Assembly: GCA_963775465.1 (NCBI GenBank)
Contig: CAVZIW010000004.1
Span: forward strand, 32,001-96,000
Source of the DNA: Candidatus Bathyarchaeota archaeon
GTDB lineage: Archaea > Thermoproteota > Bathyarchaeia > Bathyarchaeales > Bathycorpusculaceae
DNA: 64,000 nt
Reading direction: 5' to 3'
The notes under the pieces: generated by a model
Told to the model about the DNA's origin: nothing
Seen by the model: only the letters and a program-made list of their open reading frames with translations
The model's database searches: none
Shown here: positions 19,388-29,486 of the stretch, piece by piece
Layout of the letters: each line of letters begins with the position of its first letter
Position numbering within the stretch: position 1 is the stretch's first letter
Translations under genes and position numbers: made by a program

Positions 19388-19819
19388 TTATTCTTGGATT
19401 ATCTCGTAGGAAGTCTGGATTTCAGCTGTTTTTTTCAGCATCGCTCCAACAGGGCAATATTTTTCCATGGAAAGTTGAATGGAACGCTCAACAGCATCTT
19501 TGCTGACATTCTTTCCTTTCACGATGTATTTGATTGATATTTTAGTGAAAACTTCAGGCGGTTCTAGAGCCCTTTCAGCTTCAGCTTCCACCCAGTAACC
19601 AGAAATGTTTTGACGTTTTTTCCCAAGAATGCTCATCACGTCATAGCTTGTGCAGCCAGCAAGGCAAGCCAATAGAGTTTCCATAGGAGATTGTGATGTT
19701 TCTTCACCCCCATACTTTGCAGGTGCATCAAACTTTACAGCAAGACCTTTCTCGTTTTTTACTTCAAAACGGAAATTGCCCTTCCACTCAAGATTCATCT
19801 TTTTTCTATTTAAAGACAT
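19388..19819 (-). CDS. OsmC family protein
   Basis: SPMETLLACLAGC...SMEKYCPVG. Confidence 0.9.
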   Translation of the reverse strand: MSLNRKKMNLEWKGNFRFEVKNEKGLAVKFDAPAKYGGEETSQSPMETLLACLAGCTSYDVMSILGKKRQNISGYWVEAEAERALEPPEVFTKISIKYIVKGKNVSKDAVERSIQLSMEKYCPVGAMLKKTAEIQTSYEIIQE

Positions 19820-20172
19820 GACTAATCTTTTGTTTCTGATCAAAAAAAGGCTTGCTGAATTCAACAAAAACTCCACTATAACAAGACCTCAATACAGAAG
19901 CATATAACCAGATAATGCCAGAAATAAAAGCATTCCAGTTTTCTTCAACATGACTTTTTTGATTCTTTAGCTTTTTGTTGTTATCTTCAAATGCAACAGA
20001 TCCCAAATAAAAAACAGCCAAAAAATAGCTTTGTCTTTTTTGCAAAAACCTATTTTCTTCTTTCAGATAAAAATATCAAACCCACCTAGACTTCGCGTGA
20101 AAAAATTCCAAACTGACATCTCGAATAGTTATTCCGCAAAATAAAAGAACCGCATCCACTGATTAAAAAGGT

Positions 20173-20928
20173 ATGAAAACAGAAACAAAAGCTCTCAATA
20201 CCCATTGGCTAGATGAGTTAAGCACAAAAGAAGCTGAAAAAGCAGGTAAAGATGGCATTGTTGTAATTTTTCCTGTCGGCAGCGTCGAAGAACATGGCGA
20301 CCACTTGCCCTTGTGCACAGATAGCATTCAACCCGAATTCATCGCATTAGAAGTTGCCAAGAAAACGGGGTGTCTTGTTGCACCTCCTCTTCGGTATGGC
20401 ATCTGCAACGCAACCCGAAACTTTTCAGGCACACTAACCATAGATTTTAACACATTCCACCGGATGGTTCACGCTATTCTATCAGAGCTAGTACGAAACC
20501 ACTTCAACCGAATAATAGTGCTCAGCGGTCACGCTGGAAGCTCCCATATGGTAGCGCTGAGACTAGCTGCCCAAAAAATTGTAACAAAAAAAAATACAGA
20601 TAAACAAGAAAAGAGAGTTCGGATCATGGTACTTTCAGACTACGATTTCGCGGAAGAAATAGCCCCAAAATACGCTTCTAATGATGACGGACACGCCGGC
20701 ACAATCGAAACATCTCGAATTATGGATATAAAACCGGACCTAATCAAAACAAAAGGTTCTAAAAGCCACCCAAAGATGCCACGCTTTGAAGTCGTAGCCC
20801 ACCCCGAGTTGTACTTTCCAAGTGGAGTCCACGGCGACCCCACAGCAGCAACAGCCAACAAAGGTCAAAAAATAAATAAATACATCATAGAACAAGTCAG
20901 CGAACTAGTCACAAAAATAAAAGAATAG
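20173..20928 (+). CDS. Creatininase family protein
   Basis: PVGSVEEHGDHLPLCTD, SGHAG, GHAGTIETS, GVHGDP. Confidence 0.9.
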   Translation: MKTETKALNTHWLDELSTKEAEKAGKDGIVVIFPVGSVEEHGDHLPLCTDSIQPEFIALEVAKKTGCLVAPPLRYGICNATRNFSGTLTIDFNTFHRMVHAILSELVRNHFNRIIVLSGHAGSSHMVALRLAAQKIVTKKNTDKQEKRVRIMVLSDYDFAEEIAPKYASNDDGHAGTIETSRIMDIKPDLIKTKGSKSHPKMPRFEVVAHPELYFPSGVHGDPTAATANKGQKINKYIIEQVSELVTKIKE

Positions 20929-20972
20929 CATCAGGTCTAATAATATAAAAAAATGTGGAACGGGGGCTTAAC

Positions 20973-21179
20973 CTATTTTTTCTTTGGTTTTGCACGCGTT
21001 TTTACTTTAGGTTTTGCTGAGGCTTTAGAATCAACTTTCTTTGCAGGAGCTTTAACCGGCTTCATTGGCTGATCACAGCAAATCAGCTCACATGTATCTT
21101 CACATTCACAGGGACTTTCAATTAATACAACAAGACCACAGTCATCGCACTTGTACTGATCACCTTTTTTTCTTGCCAA
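20973..21179 (-). CDS. Desulforedoxin-like small metal-binding protein with Lys-rich tail
   Basis: YKCDDCG...LICCDQPM; TTG start after GAAGGTGA. Confidence 0.7.
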   Translation of the reverse strand: MARKKGDQYKCDDCGLVVLIESPCECEDTCELICCDQPMKPVKAPAKKVDSKASAKPKVKTRAKPKKK

Positions 21180-21360
21180 AAAATCACCTTCTAAAAAGTT
21201 ATTAATACAACAATTGTAATCTGAAAATATAAAAATTTCTAATTTGAACTTATCCAGATAAATTCTATAGATAACTCCAAAGTCCATCCGAAAAATTTTC
21301 GCGGGATGCTAACAGAAAAAGTTATAGCCACAAGCCGATTAGTTCTATTCGTGATTTGCT

Positions 21361-21792
21361 ATGCAGTTTTTTACTGTCACAGACCAATCAAGCGTTAAGC
21401 ATAAAATTCTAGCAATCCCTCTAAACCAAAAAGAAATGATAGAGTTGATGGGACAATGCGAAAAATGCATACCATCCATCGCCATTTCATCAATGGTCCG
21501 CGCAGGACACCCCTACGCCATTATTGATTTTGGAGCCGGTGGATCTTGGAAAACAGCTATCGCACTTGACGAAACTTCAGAGGATGGACACCCAATCGGC
21601 GAAGAACTAACAATAGGCGATGTCTTAACCGTAATTCTAACATCTGACCCAAACGCCATCAAAGTCTCAAGAGACAAAGTCTACCTCAATGTACCACTAG
21701 AAAACGTTCTAGCTTTCAGTTTCCTCTACACCGCCGATATAGCTGAAAACTATACGCTCTACAAAATGATCAAGCAGCCAAAAGCAGAATAA
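21361..21792 (+). CDS. Hypothetical protein
   Basis: 143-aa ORF with host-like composition. Confidence 0.6.
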   Translation: MQFFTVTDQSSVKHKILAIPLNQKEMIELMGQCEKCIPSIAISSMVRAGHPYAIIDFGAGGSWKTAIALDETSEDGHPIGEELTIGDVLTVILTSDPNAIKVSRDKVYLNVPLENVLAFSFLYTADIAENYTLYKMIKQPKAE

Positions 21793-21798
21793 ACCCAA

Positions 21799-22449
21799 TT
21801 AAACAAGATAACGCAAAAACCAATCCGCCGACAGTTTAGCTACAATCTCCAATTTTCCTGATTCCTCAAAAAGATGAGTTGCCTCAGGAATAATCTCCAA
21901 CTTATTTTTGTTAGCCATTTGACTTTGGGCTTGACGGTTTAACTCAATAACCTCAGTATCCCAGCCACCTACTAATAGAAGCGTCGGCGCAACCACATCA
22001 TGAAGATAATCACCAGCAAGATCTGGGCGTCCACCTCTAGAAACCAGGGCAGAAATGTATTTTGGCAATTTAGCCGCAGCAATCAATGCCGCCGCTGCAC
22101 CAGTACTTGCTCCAAAATACCCAAAAGAGAGGCTTCTTGTAATTGGGTCGTTCTTAAGCCATTTTGTCGCGCCAACAAGACGATCAGCTAATAATTTGAT
22201 GTTAAAGCGGTAATTTGCTGTGATTATGTCTTCTTGCTCTTCTTCTATTGTAAGTAAATCAAAAAGCAACGTTGCAATTTTTAATTTGTTGAATTCTTTT
22301 GCAACATATTGGTTTCTGGGGCTAAACCTACCACTTCCGCTTCCATGAGCAAACAACACAATGCTCTTAGCTTGAGCAGGCAAATTCAAGTTACCTATAA
22401 CAACTACATTTCCAACGCGAATTCTCAACTCTGATTCTTGAATGTTCAA
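21799..22449 (-). CDS. Dienelactone-hydrolase-like alpha/beta hydrolase
   Basis: FAHGSGSGRFSPRN, GASTGAAAA, VSRGGRPDL, ATHLFEE. Confidence 0.88.
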   Translation of the reverse strand: MNIQESELRIRVGNVVVIGNLNLPAQAKSIVLFAHGSGSGRFSPRNQYVAKEFNKLKIATLLFDLLTIEEEQEDIITANYRFNIKLLADRLVGATKWLKNDPITRSLSFGYFGASTGAAAALIAAAKLPKYISALVSRGGRPDLAGDYLHDVVAPTLLLVGGWDTEVIELNRQAQSQMANKNKLEIIPEATHLFEESGKLEIVAKLSADWFLRYLV

Positions 22450-23120
22450 ACTACAACATCTCCTTTATATCCTTCAACAACGTCTTGTCGATTCTGCTTT
22501 AATAACTGAATAACTTCTTCATCGCTAGTTTGAGAAAAATCAACATAAAATTGCCCGATAGCTTGGAAAAACTCTGGAGTGAAAAGACAAACAACATTAT
22601 CAGCTTGCTTTTCAAGCTCTTTTATAGTCGAAGGCGGACCAACAGGAACAGCAACGGTCACACTAGCTGCACCACGATTTATTACCGAAGCCAAAGCTGC
22701 TTTCATGGTTGAACCCGTAGCTATTCCATCATCAACTAATATAACGTCAAGCCCTTTCATATTTGGGTAGGGCGTATCTTGTCGATATACTTTGAGCCTA
22801 CGTTCAATCTCCCGTTTTTGACGCTCACTTTCTTCTTCTAAATATTGCTTGCTTACTTCCATATACGCCAACAAGTTAGTATCCAAGATCGTGGTTCCAT
22901 CCTCAGTCATAGCACCTATAGCCAACTCAGGATTACCTGGCGCGCCAATCTTACGAGGAATAATAACATCTAAAGGCAAGTCGAGTGTATGGGCTATCTC
23001 AAAGCCCACAACAACTCCTCCGCGGGGAATTGCCAGAACTATTCCATTTTTAAAAGTTAACTTCTTAAGGACTAAAGCTAAACGTTTTCCAGCGTCAACT
23101 CGGTCAGAAAAATAAGCCAT
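22446..23120 (-). CDS. Putative phosphoribosyltransferase
   Basis: FSDRVDAG, LAIPRGG, LVDDGIATGST, AIGQFY. Confidence 0.88.
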   Translation of the reverse strand: MAYFSDRVDAGKRLALVLKKLTFKNGIVLAIPRGGVVVGFEIAHTLDLPLDVIIPRKIGAPGNPELAIGAMTEDGTTILDTNLLAYMEVSKQYLEEESERQKREIERRLKVYRQDTPYPNMKGLDVILVDDGIATGSTMKAALASVINRGAASVTVAVPVGPPSTIKELEKQADNVVCLFTPEFFQAIGQFYVDFSQTSDEEVIQLLKQNRQDVVEGYKGDVVV

Positions 23121-23303
23121 AATAAACTCCTCGAAAACTCTTATTCTAACCAAATAGTAAGCATCCTTTAATATAAAAATCCTATAGCCAACCAGAAGGA
23201 CCAATGAAAAAAGTCTAACTGATTGCAAGTACAATTATCATTTGGCTTCGTTTAGGCAAAAGATAAAAACAGATTTTGTCATACATATGTAATACGGAAA
23301 AAA

Positions 23304-24233
23304 ATGGAAATCATAAACGTAAGATTACCCGACAAAGTAACTTCAGAACTCGACAAGCTATCAAAAAAACACAACCTCACCCGATCCGAAATCATACGTC
23401 AAGCCCTAACGATCTACCTCCACATAACAGAAAACGTTGGAACAATGTTAAGACCAATAGTTTTCCAAATAAAGCCAGCCCAAATATCCTACACCCGAAG
23501 AGGCGATGTATCTATCCTAAAAGTACCCACCGGCCACGCAATCGTCATCGGATCCACCTCAACCGGAGCCGTCGGACCCAAAGAAATGGACAAAGTCAAA
23601 GTAAACGGCACAATTTTAGGAAAATTTCTAGGAAGAGTTGCATTAATGGACGTAACCGCAACAGGCGCATTCCCACTAATGTTGTCAGTTACCCTTGGCG
23701 TAGAAAAAAACCCTACAGGCAACTCCATTTTGGAAGGTATTAGACGCGAAGCCAGAAGCATCGGTCTAGATCCAAACCAAGTATTAATGGAAAACACCGA
23801 AGACAACTTTGAAACCATGCAAACTGGCGCTGGATTAACGGTAGTCGGTTTTGCTAACGAAGACGAATTAAGGATAGGAAAAACATGCCCAGGCGACTTG
23901 ATCGTAGCAATAGGTAAACCCAAAGTTGGAAACGAAGTCATATCGGCAGAGGTAAGAGGAGAAATCGCCGATCTCAAAAATGTAGCTCAACTTTCCCAGA
24001 AAAAATATGTTCACGACATTTCTCCCGTTGGAGGCTTTGGCATCGCTAGTGAAGCTAGAATGATGGCTTACGGCGTCGGCAGGCAAATAAAACTCGCAGA
24101 GGTTATTAGTTTGGATTTAAACAAATCAGCAGGACCAGCAACCGTAATTTTAGTCACTATCGACAAGGACAAACTCGAAGACTTAACCGACCTGATTCCT
24201 AAACCCATAAGCGTTGTTGGCGAAATAATCTAA
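23304..24233 (+). CDS. Ribbon-helix-helix domain fused to alpha-ribazole kinase (CblS)/PurM-like domain
   Basis: N-terminal IINVRLP...LDKL...TRSEIIRQAL; then GRVALMDV.ATGA, E.NPTG, TEDNF.T.QTG, GKPKVG, LNKSAGPA. Confidence 0.75.
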   Translation: MEIINVRLPDKVTSELDKLSKKHNLTRSEIIRQALTIYLHITENVGTMLRPIVFQIKPAQISYTRRGDVSILKVPTGHAIVIGSTSTGAVGPKEMDKVKVNGTILGKFLGRVALMDVTATGAFPLMLSVTLGVEKNPTGNSILEGIRREARSIGLDPNQVLMENTEDNFETMQTGAGLTVVGFANEDELRIGKTCPGDLIVAIGKPKVGNEVISAEVRGEIADLKNVAQLSQKKYVHDISPVGGFGIASEARMMAYGVGRQIKLAEVISLDLNKSAGPATVILVTIDKDKLEDLTDLIPKPISVVGEII

Positions 24234-24704
24234 CTATTTCAGCATATGCCCATTGCGGTCGATTTCTCCCCAACGAATCCGAGTAGTAGAAATTGGAGCT
24301 TGGTTTTCGGCTGGAATCATGTTTACTGTGACAATTTCAAGAAGAGAAAGTCCTGCTTTTTGCCTTTTTTCATTTATTTTTTCCGCAGTTTTTTGTGTTT
24401 CTTGACTTACAACTAAAGCCTCAAGCCCTTCAAGAGACATTGTTTGCCCATAGGGATCGTCCAAAGGCACAATTTCGAATCTGTGGGTGAAACCTGAATC
24501 GCTTAAAAACGTTTCAAGTTCTTTTTGTCTCTCAGCGTACGATGCTGTCTTGTGGGGTTTACCCATTTTTGAAACAAAAGCATCTGAAGATAAACCTATG
24601 ACAACTTTTTCGCCAATTTCAAAGGACTTGCAAAGTAGTGCTTTGTGACCTCTGTGCAGTTCGTCAAATGTCCCTCCGACAGCTACTTTCTTGAATCTTC
24701 TCAT
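24234..24704 (-). CDS. coaD: Phosphopantetheine adenylyltransferase (archaeal type)
   Basis: VGGTFDELHRGH, LDDPYG, VVSQET, ISTTRIR. Confidence 0.9.
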   Translation of the reverse strand: MRRFKKVAVGGTFDELHRGHKALLCKSFEIGEKVVIGLSSDAFVSKMGKPHKTASYAERQKELETFLSDSGFTHRFEIVPLDDPYGQTMSLEGLEALVVSQETQKTAEKINEKRQKAGLSLLEIVTVNMIPAENQAPISTTRIRWGEIDRNGHMLK

Positions 24705-25636
24705 CTTGTTAACCTAGCGCCTTGGAAATCTATTTTGCTAACTATTACTTGTTGTGAGGATAAAACTTGCTTAAAAGCTTCCGCTACTTTAGAAGAGTTT
24801 TCCTCAAGCACCAAAGCGTGCGTTGCCTCACCAATCATGTTTTGAGCTGCACCTACCGCACCAGCCTCTTTTGCCACTTCTACAAGTTTACGGGTTCTTT
24901 CAGTTGCAAACCCTGCTTTTTGAGAGAACTCCCAGCAGCAATCCAAAAAATTCTTTAAAGTAGGCTTCTGAAGGATTTTTTTCATCGTTTGTTTACCGTA
25001 ATCATTAATTTCTTTCTTCCTTTCATAAGAAGATAATATGGGCTTTTTTGGAATACTCGATTTTACAAACCCAGCGACAACAACATAGTTAGGAGATAAT
25101 GGAATGCGGTCAATTTGGCAGATTCCAGGCGCTCCTGGCTCAACCACGAGCACGCAACCGCCGCTGAAAGTTAACGAGCTAACTGTACCTAAACCTGTTT
25201 GGCACTTAATCTCAGCTACATGCGCCAGCCTACCGATTTGATTGTAAGTTAATGGTAAACCTAACGCTTCTTTTAGTGCTAAACCGGCAGTTAAAGCTCC
25301 GCCTGCGCTGGTGCCAAAGCCTGATCCGACCGGAACATCGATTTGGTGTTCAACGGTAACATCGTATTTTGCGATGGACCGGGCAAAAAGTGTCTCCACT
25401 ACTTTTTTTGTGGTTTTAGCTTCCGGAGAAGGTTTAGAATTAATAAAGATACTTATGCAATTATTTTTTGCTTCGTTAACAGTAACTTTTGTACGGACAC
25501 CTTTTTCAAGACCAAACCCACCACCTCTGGCGCCTACTCTTTCCAAGTTAGAAATGGGCTTGTTGTTTTGGGTGTCGTGGATTTCAAAGAAACTCGAAAT
25601 TGCCGCTGGAGCAAAAGCTCTGGCTGTTCTACTCAA
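24701..25636 (-). CDS. pok: Pantoate kinase (GHMP family)
   Basis: AFAPAAISSFF, VPVGSGFGTSAG, AHVAEI...TGLGTV, QNMIGE; operon with coaD. Confidence 0.85.
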   Translation of the reverse strand: MSRTARAFAPAAISSFFEIHDTQNNKPISNLERVGARGGGFGLEKGVRTKVTVNEAKNNCISIFINSKPSPEAKTTKKVVETLFARSIAKYDVTVEHQIDVPVGSGFGTSAGGALTAGLALKEALGLPLTYNQIGRLAHVAEIKCQTGLGTVSSLTFSGGCVLVVEPGAPGICQIDRIPLSPNYVVVAGFVKSSIPKKPILSSYERKKEINDYGKQTMKKILQKPTLKNFLDCCWEFSQKAGFATERTRKLVEVAKEAGAVGAAQNMIGEATHALVLEENSSKVAEAFKQVLSSQQVIVSKIDFQGARLTR

Positions 25637-26387
25637 TATTTTCGCCTTTTAGTTGCTCTCGGTTTCTTTGCTTCAGAGATGGAAAAGCGCGATAACATAC
25701 TTTGATTATTGGTGGTCCAGCCAGAAGAATGAATGGCAGCTCAGTTGCAAATGTCCAAACGAAGATCGGAAAAACTAGTGATGCTGAGAGAGGTGCACCA
25801 AAGAAAGTCAGGAAAAGTGGGCTTACTGCCCACACAGTTACTGAAAGTAACCCTGCTCCCGCAGCTTGCCCAACCACGGCTGCTATGGCATAGCTTCTCC
25901 ATTCTTTCCACCGAAAAGCAACTAGCGTAATAACTGTGAGGCTTAGAATAACCGTTAATGTGAAAGATATAGAAAAGACTTCTGTTGATAATCCAGTATA
26001 AGCTGTGACGTCTGGAAGCAGAACAAGTGTGGGTATTAATAATCCAAATGCAGTCACTACGACTCCAGTAATTGCCTGTCTTAGGCTTATGTTTCTAATT
26101 GATATGTAGCCAATTAGGAAAAAGAGTATGAAATTGGGGGGCACACCAGCAGCTAAACTCAATGGTGCATTTCCGTGCACAAACATATCCCGTATGAAGA
26201 TACCGATTGCTCCACTGATTCCGCCAACCCATGGACCATAAAGAACTGCAATAACGGCAGGTATTACAACTGCAGGCAAGAAACCAATGCCAAAAAAATT
26301 CACGTTAGCCGTAGAAATTCCGACAATGGCATAGAGTGCTGCACAAATTCCGGTTACTGCAACGTCTTGTGTTTTCAAATACGCCAA
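25629..26387 (-). CDS. ECF transporter S component
   Basis: DVAVTGICAALY, PAVVIPAVIAVLYGPWVGGISGAIG; multiple TM helices. Confidence 0.8.
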   Translation of the reverse strand: MAYLKTQDVAVTGICAALYAIVGISTANVNFFGIGFLPAVVIPAVIAVLYGPWVGGISGAIGIFIRDMFVHGNAPLSLAAGVPPNFILFFLIGYISIRNISLRQAITGVVVTAFGLLIPTLVLLPDVTAYTGLSTEVFSISFTLTVILSLTVITLVAFRWKEWRSYAIAAVVGQAAGAGLLSVTVWAVSPLFLTFFGAPLSASLVFPIFVWTFATELPFILLAGPPIIKVCYRAFPSLKQRNREQLKGENIE

Positions 26388-26597
26388 CTTCTAGGTATTT
26401 TTAAAATTCTAACAACGTGAGGCAAATAAGCATTCCGTAACTATTGTTTAAACATGTTTAAACTTAGGCTACGACAAATGTTATATGTTGCACTTGGAAA
26501 AGTCCAAGCGATTCCGCTTATGCTCAACTCCTCTGGGTTTTAACCTCTAAATGTTTTAAAAAACTGCAAATAGAGGTAAAGATAAGCTTATTCGCAT

Positions 26598-26933
26598 TTA
26601 CTTTTTATGCCGTTTAATTCTATCTGTGCGCTGCTCTTTTTTGCGCCAATCCCTTTTGCGCTGCGTTTGCATAGAGAAACGTTCTTGGCGTGGAACATCG
26701 ACTTTTCGATACCTTGAAATATTCATGTAAAAAGTAGAGCTGTCGATTTTGTTTTCATTAAGATCCAAGATGTTTTGGTTCAGTTCCTCTTTTGCCCCTG
26801 GGTCGCTTGCCTTGTCGAATGCTTCTTCATAAACAAGGTATGCAGCGTGGAATGGAAAATTTTTGGGGTTGTCGATTAATAGTTTCTCTGCTTGTGGTTC
26901 AGGATTGGTTTGTTCGTTGGGTTGTTCAGTCAT
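26598..26933 (-). CDS. Hypothetical protein with basic C-terminus
   Basis: Coherent ORF; start placed at MTEQ. Confidence 0.65.
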   Translation of the reverse strand: MTEQPNEQTNPEPQAEKLLIDNPKNFPFHAAYLVYEEAFDKASDPGAKEELNQNILDLNENKIDSSTFYMNISRYRKVDVPRQERFSMQTQRKRDWRKKEQRTDRIKRHKK

Positions 26934-27109
26934 GGATATTCCGCTTGTGATGTACGCAAACATTGTATTTTCACCCTTTTATAGGTGTCCCCAAAAAAAC
27001 TAGCTAAAATAACCATTGGCTTTAACGTATCAGTAAAACCCTAATTCTGTATACTAAAATAGTAAGACTTAATACACCGTAAGTCTTCGTGTTAATACGA
27101 GGTACAAAA

Positions 27110-27703
27110 ATGCCAACCAAACAAACAGACGCCGTAAAATACCTCGTAAATTGCCGCAACCTCGAATATGCAACGTACTCATTATACTCAGCTGTATCAA
27201 AAAAACTTCAGCGACCCGAAATAAACTGCATATTACGCGGGATAGCACAAGACTGCTTCAAACACACAAAAGTCATCGAAGAATTGTTTAAACCTCTTTC
27301 ATTTGCAAGCTATGAAAGCGGAAAAAACGACAAAAACTACAATAAACTATCAGCAGAAATAAGAAAGTACACAAACAATCTTGCTCCAATAGAGATTTTC
27401 AACGATGATGAACTCCCAGATCTTTTAAACGACCTAACTGAAATCGAAGATTGCCTGTCTGACTTTTACTCTTACTTTATCGACTCGCAAATGTTAAAAC
27501 AATTCACAGATCAATTGTCAACCGTTACTGACATAACCTCAGAAAATCTGCTCTTCATCCTTAAAATCCTAAAAATCGACAAACTAAAACACAGAAACAT
27601 GCTAGTAGAGACTTTGCACTTTTATAAAGAAAGCAAGTTAAGAAACAGAGATACAACTCCCCTCGTGCGATTCCAAAATCCAGACGCTTGGATACATTAT
27701 TAA
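27110..27703 (+). CDS. Ferritin-like helical hypothetical protein
   Basis: LE...Y, IAQDCFKH, IE...FY, IDKLKH: degenerate E..ExxH pattern twice. Confidence 0.55.
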   Translation: MPTKQTDAVKYLVNCRNLEYATYSLYSAVSKKLQRPEINCILRGIAQDCFKHTKVIEELFKPLSFASYESGKNDKNYNKLSAEIRKYTNNLAPIEIFNDDELPDLLNDLTEIEDCLSDFYSYFIDSQMLKQFTDQLSTVTDITSENLLFILKILKIDKLKHRNMLVETLHFYKESKLRNRDTTPLVRFQNPDAWIHY

Positions 27704-27961
27704 AGATCACAACTATTGAAAATTTAATGCGGCCTATTCGAATTCTGTTCAACCAAACGTGATAAAAAAAGCTTTAGAGCCTAAATAGCCAATTCTTCAA
27801 GAGATGCCTCAGTTGAACAGTGCTCACACCCTGCAAAGAGATTCTAAAGACGCTGAGAATATAATTACATCATACTCATTTATTGTCTATCAAAAGTATG
27901 CCTCGCGCATTAAAGCGAGGCAGCCCGTCTAATAATCCGAAAAAAATAGTAAAAGTTAATG

Positions 27962-28396
27962 CTAAAGGAAACGTCTTATTTTTTTGGCAGCTTGTTCCAA
28001 AGAATCTTTAGGACGTTCGTTAGTTGGATTTCGATACGCTTTGCCGTGACTAAAACCCTCCTCAGGCATCAAGGGAATAACGTGTACATGTAAATGAAAA
28101 ATTACCTGCCCAGCTGCCCGCCCATTGTTCTGAACGATCCTAATTCCTTTGACGTTAACGGCATCCCTTACCGCGTGAGCAACCCTCTTTGTAATCTTGA
28201 AGAGATACGCGACTTCTTCTTCAGGAGTTTCATAGATGTTCTCATAATGTTTTTTTGGAACCACCAGAGTGTGCCCCTCGTTTACTGGTCGATTACTCAA
28301 AAAAGCAACAACGCGATCATCTTCGTAGACCATGCATGCTGGCGATTTCTTTTGGATTATTTGGCAGAATACGCAGTTTTCAGACATAGAGACCAT
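27962..28396 (-). CDS. HIT family hydrolase
   Basis: CVFC, GHTLVVPK, AGQVIFHLHVHVIP. Confidence 0.92.
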   Translation of the reverse strand: MVSMSENCVFCQIIQKKSPACMVYEDDRVVAFLSNRPVNEGHTLVVPKKHYENIYETPEEEVAYLFKITKRVAHAVRDAVNVKGIRIVQNNGRAAGQVIFHLHVHVIPLMPEEGFSHGKAYRNPTNERPKDSLEQAAKKIRRFL

Positions 28397-28459
28397 ACCT
28401 TTTGCAGTTTGTTAGTAGGATATAGCTTTAATACAATTTCACCATTTCAATAATACTTT

Positions 28460-29482
28460 ATGGAAACTCTAGTTGATGATATCGGCAGTTTTCCTTTGCC
28501 AGCGGGAATTAAAAGAGAACAATATGCCAAAGCGTACGAACAGGCACGAGAATTAATAATTAAAAAGCAAGACCCATTCAAGGATAAGTTTGTCGAAAAG
28601 AATTTCTGCACAATAGTTGTCGAATCCTTTAAGAAAAAAATTAGCACAGGCATAGATGTAGTGAATTTTCCTCAACATTACAGCGGCATCAAACAGGTCG
28701 GTGAGGCCATCCATGAAGCTATGAATAAAGGTTCATTTGTTGTCGACCAGGAAAAAGCATTCTTACCCGAACTCTACGTGCTAAACCAAGAAGCTAAACG
28801 CTTAAACGAAGAGCATGGTAAAAAAATTGAGTTACGAGTATCCATTTTTGGTCCAATCGAGCAATACCTTGCAGAAGTGGGAGCAACAGCTTACCCTGAC
28901 GTATTGGATGGATTCTCTCAAACCATTAATCGCTTTGCAAAGAACAGTATCTTAAACAACAAGTACATCGAAACAAAGGTGATTTCAATAGATGAACCAA
29001 GCCTAGGTCACAGTAGCTTCTCAGGAACACCAGAGTTGGTTCGTGAAACTCTCGAAAAAGCGTACGCTTTTCAGGGTCCCACTAAACAGATACATCTGCA
29101 TTTTGCCTCTGGAATTCACGAATTACTTAACGTAAAAGGTATCGATGTTTTATCGTTTGAATATGCGGCTTCACCCAAAAATATTGATGCCATTCCTAAA
29201 AGTGTACTTGAGAAGGCTGACAAACAAATCCGTGTAGGCATAGCTCGAACTGACATCGATTCCATTTGGGCAGAACTCTATGAGAAGGGCATAACTCAAC
29301 CGTCAGCAGAAGAACTAGTTGAAAATGTGGAAAAGATAAAGAAAAGGTACAAATTTGCCAAAGAAAAATATGGCGAACGGATGACTTTCACTGGTCCTGA
29401 CTGCGGGTTAGGCGGTTGGCCCAGTCAAGAGGCAGCCACACTACTTTTGAAGCGTACAGTTGAAGCGGTTAAAGCCAATTAG
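28460..29482 (+). CDS. Cobalamin-independent methionine synthase-like (MetE C-terminal domain) protein
   Basis: DDIGSFP, SIDEPSL, IHLH, SFE, GPDCGL. Confidence 0.75.
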   Translation: METLVDDIGSFPLPAGIKREQYAKAYEQARELIIKKQDPFKDKFVEKNFCTIVVESFKKKISTGIDVVNFPQHYSGIKQVGEAIHEAMNKGSFVVDQEKAFLPELYVLNQEAKRLNEEHGKKIELRVSIFGPIEQYLAEVGATAYPDVLDGFSQTINRFAKNSILNNKYIETKVISIDEPSLGHSSFSGTPELVRETLEKAYAFQGPTKQIHLHFASGIHELLNVKGIDVLSFEYAASPKNIDAIPKSVLEKADKQIRVGIARTDIDSIWAELYEKGITQPSAEELVENVEKIKKRYKFAKEKYGERMTFTGPDCGLGGWPSQEAATLLLKRTVEAVKAN

Positions 29483-29486
29483 CTGC

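Noticed and set aside
27804-27932. 8-bp hairpin (27899-27922) and a 42-codon ORF
   Set aside because: Single short stem and no recognisable motif; insufficient for an ncRNA or CDS call.
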